IMG/VR virus record: IMGVR_UViG_3300005287_000001 | Length of the DNA: 28,969 nucleotides | DNA from: a virus | Reading direction: 5' to 3' (one strand) | In this document: in pieces, positions 1-5,851 of the stretch | Position numbering within the stretch: position 1 is the first letter of the stretch | Layout: each line of letters starts with the position of its first letter | Translations under genes and position numbers: made by a program | Notes under the pieces: generated by a model | What the model was told of the DNA's origin: nothing | Databases searched by the model: none | What the model saw: the letters and a program-made list of their open reading frames with translations, nothing else

Positions 1-110
1 ATGTTTCACTTCTATAGTAATGTCAAATACAATCTTACTGATGAACAGTTCAATAAGATTATGGAGGACAAAATGGATAGAGCAGAAATCTTAATTAGTG
101 GTTATAATAA
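1..110. repeat. Exact 110-bp terminal overlap with 28860..28969, a circular-contig signature; unique genome length is 28859 bp
   Basis: Compared by eye. The first 110 nt (atgtttcacttctatag...gttataataa) equal the last 110 nt. The overlap lies inside an uninterrupted ORF. Confidence 0.95.
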
Positions 111-795
111 AATGGATGAAAGAGAACGTAATGTTTATAGTACTACTCTCCATCTGGACAATGAATTGGTATCCATTACTAAGGAAGGAATGTTGGTAAA
201 CAATCTGAAAATACAAGCCTTTAAAAATAAACAGTTAATTCGTAAACAATATACAAATGATAATTTAATGCTGGCTGCTTATAGAGATGGTTCTGGTAGA
301 TTTACTCCTACTGATGAGTTGAGTAAGGATAGTATAGAACTATTTACTGGCCAAATTAAAAAGATAACAACATTCTCATATAAAAGTATGTTACAAGATT
401 ATCTGAATACTGCAGATAGATTACTGAGAAACGAATATGAAATGGAGTTTACAGAGTTTAGAGATATAAGATACTATATGAAGGAAAGTGAACTCAATAC
501 TCTAAAATGGAGTAAGGGTAAGATAGCCAAAGCTATTGCAGACAAAAAGATGTTGAATATAGTATTTCTCAATCTTTACAATCATTTTGGAGAAGGATTT
601 GTAAGCAGTGCAGATGTTAAAAAGTATTTGGAAGGAGAATTTGATAGATTACAAATTGATTTAACTGCAAAGGCAGCTCTTATTAAAAATAATGGAATCT
701 TTAATGTAGAGGAAACATCTAAAAGAATAGATGGCAAAGTAACTAAGGGATTTGAAATTGGAAGTAGAATATTAAATTTTAAAATATATGAATGA
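1..795 (+). CDS. SF2 DExH helicase-like protein, C-terminal part; same gene as 27855..28969 across the circular junction, about 599 aa in total
   Basis: Frame is continuous with 27855..28969 (28860 corresponds to position 1, in frame). TGA stop at 793-795. No in-frame TAG. Confidence 0.7.
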   Translation: MFHFYSNVKYNLTDEQFNKIMEDKMDRAEILISGYNKMDERERNVYSTTLHLDNELVSITKEGMLVNNLKIQAFKNKQLIRKQYTNDNLMLAAYRDGSGRFTPTDELSKDSIELFTGQIKKITTFSYKSMLQDYLNTADRLLRNEYEMEFTEFRDIRYYMKESELNTLKWSKGKIAKAIADKKMLNIVFLNLYNHFGEGFVSSADVKKYLEGEFDRLQIDLTAKAALIKNNGIFNVEETSKRIDGKVTKGFEIGSRILNFKIYE

Positions 796-1204
796 ATTTA
801 AGAAAGCCGAATAGCTCGGTAGGGAAAAGTTTTAGCAAGGTCTAAAGAAGAATGGCATAAAGAACTATAAATTTACAACTAACTAGTATGATCCAATAGA
901 CTGTATTATCTGGAATAAAGGTAAAAAGATACTAATTGAGATCAAGAACAGAGATGAGAAGTATGAGAATTATCCAACACATATGATGGAGCTTCACAAA
1001 TATAGAGATATGATGAAAATGCCAGCAGATAAAAGATATTATGTTTGCATATTCGGAAACACCTTTTACTGGTACAATCTAAATGATATTGATGTTTAGC
1101 CAGAATTAATGTATGGAGCTAAAACAACAGCCATAGATACTGGCAAAGTTCTTAAACAAGTACTATTTATACCAACTAATAAAGCAAAAATTACAAAACT
1201 ATGA
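788..1204 (+). CDS. PD-(D/E)xK nuclease-like protein, 138 aa, with 4 in-frame TAG codons
   Basis: The ATG at 788 overlaps the helicase stop. With TAG as sense the product is MNEFKKAE(Q)LGREKF(Q)QGLKKNGIKNYKFTTN(Q)YDPIDCIIWNKGKKILIEIKNRDEKYENYP...DV(Q)PELMYG...KITKL. D-x(n)-E-I-K is a restriction-endonuclease-like motif. The TGA at 1202-1204 overlaps the next ATG (ATGA). This ORF is absent from the standard-code track. Confidence 0.6.
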
Positions 1205-1809
1205 AAAGAATTATATTATTCCTTATTACAATTGTTACTCTTAATGTAAATGCACAAGAGTTAGTTCTAAATAAATTAATAGATGATACTACAAGATGTT
1301 GTTGTACCAATACAGAAAAAATATTTGGCGGTACTAAATACACATTAGCTAAAGATGCTTTTGAAAACGGACAAGAAATTTACAGTCTTTATTTTTTCGT
1401 ACATAAAGCCAGTATGATTAAATCTACATTTAAAGATCCTTTAGCTTACTCACCAATAATTAAATTGATTACTGAAGATGGTGATACTATTGAAGCATAT
1501 AGAACTTATGGTGATGTTGATTTAGGAGGTAAGACTTTTACAATGCCACATTATGATCATTATTATGGCCGAATAGGTAAGTTAAGATATAGTGGTAGTT
1601 TTCAGAATGGCTATGACTCATATAATTGGACAATTTATAAAGGAACATATTTATACCAGATAGAAGAAAATAAACTTCAAATACTTTTTACTAAGAAATT
1701 TAAAATAATGTATGAAAATCAATTTGGTATATGGAAAGAAATAAATTGCCATAATATAAAGAAGCATTTACAAAAATCTTATGAAATAATGAAGCCTATT
1801 AAATTTTAA
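1201..1809 (+). CDS. Secreted protein of unknown function with an N-terminal signal peptide
   Basis: 202-aa ORF. The N-terminus MKRIILFLITIVTLNVNAQ is a classic signal peptide. TAA stop and no TAG. Confidence 0.7.
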   Translation: MKRIILFLITIVTLNVNAQELVLNKLIDDTTRCCCTNTEKIFGGTKYTLAKDAFENGQEIYSLYFFVHKASMIKSTFKDPLAYSPIIKLITEDGDTIEAYRTYGDVDLGGKTFTMPHYDHYYGRIGKLRYSGSFQNGYDSYNWTIYKGTYLYQIEENKLQILFTKKFKIMYENQFGIWKEINCHNIKKHLQKSYEIMKPIKF

Positions 1810-1813
1810 TACT

Positions 1814-1948
1814 ATGATACTATTAATAATTATACTACTAACCTTCCTTGCTGTGGTATTAGTAAAGATGATTACTAAGATACATAAAGATTTTAAAAGA
1901 GATATGTACATCGCGAAAATAGATAGAAAGTACCGAAACCTACGATAA
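1814..1948 (+). CDS. Small single-pass membrane protein, 44 aa
   Basis: ATG at 1814. Product is MILLIIILLLTFLAVVLVKMITKIHKDFKRDMYIAKIDRKYRNLR, with a hydrophobic N-terminus and basic tail. TAA at 1946-1948, followed directly by a terminator. Not in the ORF track because it is too short. Confidence 0.45.
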   Translation: MILLIIILLTFLAVVLVKMITKIHKDFKRDMYIAKIDRKYRNLR

Positions 1949-1953
1949 ATAAA

Positions 1954-1983
1954 GGGCTGTCCAGAGATGGATGGCCTTTTTTT
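1954..1983 (+). terminator. Rho-independent terminator
   Basis: GGCTGTCCA (1955-1963), loop GAGA, TGGATGGCC (1968-1976). The stem is 9 bp including two G-U pairs, followed by T7 (1977-1983). Confidence 0.7.
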
Positions 1984-2050
1984 GTACCACTATGTTTGAT
2001 TATTTAGTGGATATTAACTTTACAAACTTGCTGGTGTGATAAAAATTTAT

Positions 2051-2058
2051 TACCTTTG
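2051..2058 (+). promoter_or_regulatory. Bacteroidota-type -7 promoter box TACCTTTG (consensus TAnnTTTG) upstream of the integrase
   Basis: Exact match to TAnnTTTG, ending 8 nt before the ATG at 2067. A TTG lies about 20 nt upstream (2028-2030) as a possible -33 element. Confidence 0.45.
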
Positions 2059-2066
2059 CACCCAGT

Positions 2067-3662
2067 ATGAAAGTATTAGGTTATATCAGAGTCTCCACAG
2101 ACAAACAAGATTTGGAGAGACAGAGAGATCTCATTAGGAGATATTGTATTGACAAAGAACTCATTGGTATCGAAGAGGATTTTGCCGTTAGTGGTGCTAA
2201 GCTAAGCCGAGTTGGATTGAATAATGTCCTTACAAATTACAGTAAGGTGAATGTAGTGGTAGTGAGCGAACTATCCAGAATCAGTAGGAATGAGGATGTG
2301 ATGGAAACATTTAATCTCCTTTATGAAATACTGAGCAAGTTTAATCTGGTTATGTTGGATGATCCTAGTAAAGTATATAAGAAGAATATGGGATTGACTG
2401 ACTTTCTTATGCTGGCTATAAAAGCTTATGGTGCAGCAGATGAAAGAAAGAAGATTACAGAACGTATGCTTACTGGTAAAGTATCCATCGTAACCAGATA
2501 CCCTTTAGCGTATGTAGGTGCACAAGTTCCGTTAGGATTTAAGGTGGTCAGTACTAAGTCTATACCTAAGAGTGTATTAGAAGTAGATGAGGAGAAGATA
2601 CAAATAGTAAAGAAGATATATCAATTAGTAGTAGAAGGATCTTCTTTAAGACAAGCTACTAAGAAGATTAATATGATGTATAATTTGAATATGTCAGTAC
2701 CTGCAGTAAGATTTGTACTTAAAAATCCTTTTTATAATGGAAGGAGACTTTATAAAGGTACATATTACGATACTGGAATAAAAGTAATAGATGATATTAC
2801 CTTTAATAAGATTGGTAAAGTACTACAACATAATAGAGAGGATAAGAGAAATGATGTAAAGTTTCTCAATCCATTAAAAGGCATTCTTAAATGTACTTGT
2901 GGACATAATTTAGGTGTTGTTTACTATGATGGTGAACCTTATTATGGATGTGCCAATCATACTAGTGTTAGATATAAGGCTGCTACAATACTAGATATGG
3001 TCTGGAGAGATGTAAAGTATAGAATAGATACTCAATTATTTCTAGATGATACAAATGCCAGTATAAAGAGATTGGAGGATGAAAACTCACAGATAGAAGT
3101 ATCGGCCAAAGAAATTGAGATGCAAATACTAAATAAGGATAAAGAAAGAGATTCTTTACTAAATAGTATGACTGATTTTACCAATGTGAATTTACTAAAA
3201 GTAATAGATCAGCAAGCCAATAATATAGATGCTGAAATATCTAAATTGAATAAAAGATTGGAAGAGATGAGAGACCAGCAAATGGACAATATACATAAAA
3301 TAGAAACAGAAAGAAAAGCTCTTGTTACTAAGATAGTAGAAACTCCAGAAGGTAAAAAATCTTTATACCAGAAGTTGCTAGATAAAGTCAATATATTCAG
3401 ATCAACTAAAAGATCTTCTGTCGTTAAGATACATTATAAGAATGGTACAATTAGTACCTTGTTCTATTTAGATAGCCATAGACCTATCATATACAGCCTA
3501 CCAAGCGGTTTTGAGTGGGATGCAGATACTTGTACCATCTCAACAAAATCTAGTCCCAGAAAGGCTGGATTGAATGAAGGTAGGTACAAACTGCCAGAAG
3601 TACGTCAGATCCCTTTAAAGGACATAAAAAAACTATTCGTTATTGAGGATTGGGAAATATAA
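2067..3662 (+). CDS. Large serine recombinase (phage integrase)
   Basis: 531 aa. The N-terminus MKVLGYIRVSTDKQDLERQ is a resolvase-type catalytic Ser motif. A Cys-rich zinc-ribbon-like segment (CTCGHNLGVVYYDGEPYYGCANH) and a coiled-coil segment follow. TAA stop and no TAG. Confidence 0.9.
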   Translation: MKVLGYIRVSTDKQDLERQRDLIRRYCIDKELIGIEEDFAVSGAKLSRVGLNNVLTNYSKVNVVVVSELSRISRNEDVMETFNLLYEILSKFNLVMLDDPSKVYKKNMGLTDFLMLAIKAYGAADERKKITERMLTGKVSIVTRYPLAYVGAQVPLGFKVVSTKSIPKSVLEVDEEKIQIVKKIYQLVVEGSSLRQATKKINMMYNLNMSVPAVRFVLKNPFYNGRRLYKGTYYDTGIKVIDDITFNKIGKVLQHNREDKRNDVKFLNPLKGILKCTCGHNLGVVYYDGEPYYGCANHTSVRYKAATILDMVWRDVKYRIDTQLFLDDTNASIKRLEDENSQIEVSAKEIEMQILNKDKERDSLLNSMTDFTNVNLLKVIDQQANNIDAEISKLNKRLEEMRDQQMDNIHKIETERKALVTKIVETPEGKKSLYQKLLDKVNIFRSTKRSSVVKIHYKNGTISTLFYLDSHRPIIYSLPSGFEWDADTCTISTKSSPRKAGLNEGRYKLPEVRQIPLKDIKKLFVIEDWEI

Positions 3663-3800
3663 CTCTAAGATGCTTCTAAAGAGTTGGAAGGTGGTTTTGA
3701 ATGGGATAATATATATGTAGAGGTTTTTAGAATTCGGTTTTGCCCAGTTGTGTTTAAGGCGGAGGCGGGTGGTTTCCAAAATTTCACTTTAAAAAAATTA

Positions 3801-3843
3801 CCCCCCTTCCCCTTCGACCGCACCCATACCCCTTCCCCTACCT
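3801..3843. other. C-rich tract, giving G-runs on the minus strand; a compositional outlier in an AT-rich genome
   Basis: ccccccttccccttcgaccgcacccataccccttcccctacc. On the minus strand there are five runs of at least 3 G. It lies between the convergent ends of the integrase and the 3893..4177 gene. Confidence 0.6.
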
Positions 3844-3892
3844 ACAATAATAAAGGTGAGCCACCATTATAGTAGCCCACCAGTGGTGCAGT

Positions 3893-4177
3893 CTAAGCTG
3901 TCTTCTGCCCTAGTAACTCTTGTATCTTCTCAGAGGGAAGTGTCTTTAAATATGCAGCTATTTCATCGCTATGTTGCAATGCCATCTTCATCTCTACTTC
4001 AGAACGTAGTTGTTGGAGATTAGCTACATAGGTAGGATATACCTCTAGAAGAGTATCTATCCTCTTTAATACCTTGCCTAGTTTGGCCTCATCAGTAGAG
4101 AACCAAGTACCAAACAATTTAACACATTCAGCTCTGTTGTTGCCGAGCACCACATTGATCAAAGTAAGATCTTCCAT
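3893..4177 (-). CDS. Hypothetical protein, 94 aa; the only ORF in the genome that appears to terminate at TAG
   Basis: ATG at 4177, with an upstream in-frame TAA at 4223-4225. The stop at 3893-3895 is TAG. The sequence after it does not look like protein. Confidence 0.5.
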   Translation of the reverse strand: MEDLTLINVVLGNNRAECVKLFGTWFSTDEAKLGKVLKRIDTLLEVYPTYVANLQQLRSEVEMKMALQHSDEIAAYLKTLPSEKIQELLGQKTA

Positions 4178-4335
4178 TATACATCTAATTATAAATTGGC
4201 TAAGAGGATTATGGAGCTGCCATTATTAAACCACAGTACCTACCTCTACTAACTCCTCGATACTGTATTAGTTGCCATTAATTTAAGATTTATAACATCA
4301 GTACTTCTGGATAGATCCACAGTGAGACTGCAATA

Positions 4336-4343
4336 CAAAGGTA
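4336..4343 (-). promoter_or_regulatory. Candidate -7 box TACCTTTG on the minus strand
   Basis: The reverse complement of caaaggta matches TAnnTTTG and is the same 8-mer as at 2051. It points toward the 3893..4177 gene. Confidence 0.35.
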
Positions 4344-4371
4344 TATAAAATATCTGATATATGATATATTT

Positions 4372-4390
4372 ATTAAGGTATATTAACAAA
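4372..4390. repeat. 19-bp direct repeat, copy A (attaaggtatattaacaaa)
   Basis: Identical to 4541..4559. It lies immediately downstream (minus sense) of a hairpin and about 29 nt upstream of a TAnnTTTG box. Confidence 0.8.
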
Positions 4391-4414
4391 GTGAGGCCAG
4401 CCGAAGCTGACCTC
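4384..4414 (-). terminator. Hairpin with a UUCG loop; putative terminator
   Basis: Minus strand reads GAGGTCAGC-TTCG-GCTGGCCTC. The stem is 9 bp with one mismatch, followed by CACTTTGTT, which is a weak U tract. Confidence 0.45.
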
Positions 4415-4499
4415 TAAATTACAAAAGTGTTGAATCAACGGGTAAAACCATCACAGGCATAACTTTATGTAAACCATAAATGATTCACCACAATTGAAT
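4385..4499 (-). ncRNA. Candidate small non-coding transcript bounded by a promoter-like box and a hairpin
   Basis: No ORF longer than 13 codons. An 11-bp stem with one mismatch forms between GTGGTGAATCA and TGATTCAACAC. An inner TTTATG/CATAAA hairpin is also present. Bounded by the -7-like box at 4506-4513 and the hairpin at 4393-4414. Confidence 0.2.
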
Positions 4500-4505
4500 T
4501 CGGCA

Positions 4506-4513
4506 CAAAGATA
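4506..4513 (-). promoter_or_regulatory. Candidate -7 box TATCTTTG on the minus strand
   Basis: The reverse complement of caaagata matches TAnnTTTG. It is preceded by repeat copy B at the same spacing as copy A to its box. Confidence 0.3.
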
Positions 4514-4540
4514 ATAATAATATTTGAACTGGCAATACTA

Positions 4541-4559
4541 ATTAAGGTATATTAACAAA
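4541..4559. repeat. 19-bp direct repeat, copy B
   Basis: Identical to 4372..4390. Confidence 0.8.
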
Positions 4560-4582
4560 AAAAGGCAGATCTTCACAGACCC
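4557..4582 (-). terminator. Weak hairpin plus T7 after the holin gene; putative end of the late operon
   Basis: Minus strand reads GGGTCT-GTGA-AGATCT, a 6-bp stem with two G-U pairs, then GCC and TTTTTTT. Confidence 0.35.
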
Positions 4583-4649
4583 ACCCTCTAGATAAATTTT
4601 ACTGAAATTGCTGCAAAGGTAGTCAGAATAATCTGAACTGCCAAAGCAT

Positions 4650-4907
4650 TTAAGAATCTTTACTATTAATTTTCTTATCTATGTATTCTTTAGTCTTAGA
4701 TTCAAACTCACCTAAGTTAGTTCTAAAGTAAATACTAATGCCATAAATACCACCACTGTAGACTAAAGCCTAAGCGACATAAAGCAATACTCCAGTAGTA
4801 ATATTGAAACTGTTAAGGAAGAAACATAAGAAGGTAAGTACAACACCAGTAAGTATCATAAATATAGCTGATCCATACTATAACCATTCTTTTGTATTCT
4901 GTGTCAT
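4650..4907 (-). CDS. Holin-like membrane protein, 85 aa, with 2 in-frame TAG codons
   Basis: The ATG overlaps the endolysin TGA (ATGA). Product is MTQNTKEWL(Q)YGSAIFMILTGVVLTFLCFFLNSFNITTGVLLYVA(Q)ALVYSGGIYGISIYF...KDS. It has two hydrophobic helices and a charged C-terminus. TAA at 4650-4652. Absent from the standard-code track. Confidence 0.65.
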
Positions 4908-5320
4908 AAATGTAGTATTTGATTTTTATGTTTACTATTTGGTAGGGATATATGTATCCAGCTATAATTACGTTCATTGATTAGCTGCCCTACCACAATC
5001 TAACCATCTTTAATCATCTATTGTGCTAATTCAAACAAACGTCTATTATCTGCCAATCCTATATTAATATCTGCAGCCTCCCCATAGAGGTGCTAACTAG
5101 TCTTACTACCATTAACAGCCTTATTTAATTCTGGACATCTATAGCCAGATGTTATCTTTATTGGTTTCTTAAATTTATCTCTTAAAGGCTATAAAATCTC
5201 CCTAGCCAATCTAGAGATATTATTCTTTACAGATTGGCTGGGAGCATTATCAATATGTAGCCTATAAGCAGTAGAAGAAGCTACAAATTCTTCTAGTGTA
5301 AAATTATTTGTTATTTCCAT
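4904..5320 (-). CDS. Endolysin, zinc peptidase M15 family (Peptidase_M15_3-like), 138 aa, with 4 in-frame TAG codons
   Basis: ATG at 5318-5320. The motif is ...KITSGYRCPELNKAVNGSKTS(Q)HLYGEAADINI...YSWIHISL, giving the H..D..H metal-ligand pattern typical of this family. TGA at 4904-4906. Absent from the standard-code track. Confidence 0.85.
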
Positions 5321-5423
5321 TTTAACTAAAGCTTTACGACCACTTACTGTTGTGCATCGGATAGTGCTGTTATAAGAATAGATATATCTGAACAGTTATC
5401 AAACACCACACTACTAACCTTTG

Positions 5424-5714
5424 TTATTGCCAGCAGTTTATCCTACTTATCAGATAAAACACTACACTTATAACATTATTAGTAGAAATATCAATATTAT
5501 TGTCAGCAGTATACTCAATACCACCACCCGATCCAGTATAGGATATAACACCGTCAGTGATATTAATACTATTACCAGCAGTATAAGTAGTGTCCTTAGC
5601 TGAAATTGTACCATCTTTAATTGTTATATTGTCCCCAGCAGATTCTGCAGATATGACATTATTTAGTATGTCTGCTGTATACTTAGTATCTGTTGCTGAT
5701 AATCTGAGGAAATA
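5424..5714 (-). pseudogene. Fibre-repeat fragment with no start codon; possible remnant or unconventional cassette
   Basis: An open frame of about 97 codons follows TAA-TAT-TAA. It encodes ...AGDNITIKDGTISAKDTTYTAGNSINITDGVISYTGSGGGIEYTADNNIDISTNNVIS..., paralogous to TLTAGDNITITDNVISATGGGTEYTAG in 18744..20831. It has no ATG, GTG or TTG start. Confidence 0.35.
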
Positions 5715-5720
5715 TTAATA

Positions 5721-5846
5721 TTATTCCCTACTTTGTATAATGGTATTAGAAGAATCATTACCTTCTGTACCATCATAGTCTGTTACCTAGTAAGATCCAA
5801 TTTCACTGAAATCTAATCTAGATAATGCTATTGCTATTCCACTCAT
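5721..5846 (-). CDS. Small hypothetical ORF, 41 aa, with 1 TAG
   Basis: The ATG at 5844-5846 lies 6 nt after the tail-fibre TAA. It ends at TAA 5721-5723, in the same frame as the fibre-like fragment that follows. Confidence 0.25.
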
Positions 5847-5851
5847 ATTAA

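Noticed and set aside
1-110. The terminal repeat as an LTR or IS end, or as a genuine direct terminal repeat
   Set aside because: It lies inside a continuous ORF and has no associated transposase or inverted repeats. An assembly overlap of a circular molecule is the simplest reading, though physical termini cannot be judged from sequence alone.
3684-3872. A 62-aa plus-strand ORF downstream of the integrase
   Set aside because: It lies in the GC-rich island, where several frames are open simply because of composition. The peptide (PPFPFDRTHTPSPT...) is not protein-like.
3659-3892. Extending the 3893..4177 gene through its TAG, as for the other genes
   Set aside because: The extension is compositionally aberrant, runs into the antisense of the integrase and has no plausible end. 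I kept the TAG as the probable stop and flagged it as a finding.
5421-5603. A 60-aa plus-strand ORF
   Set aside because: It is antisense to the fibre-repeat fragment and has a low-complexity Ile/Ser/Thr/Asn-rich product.
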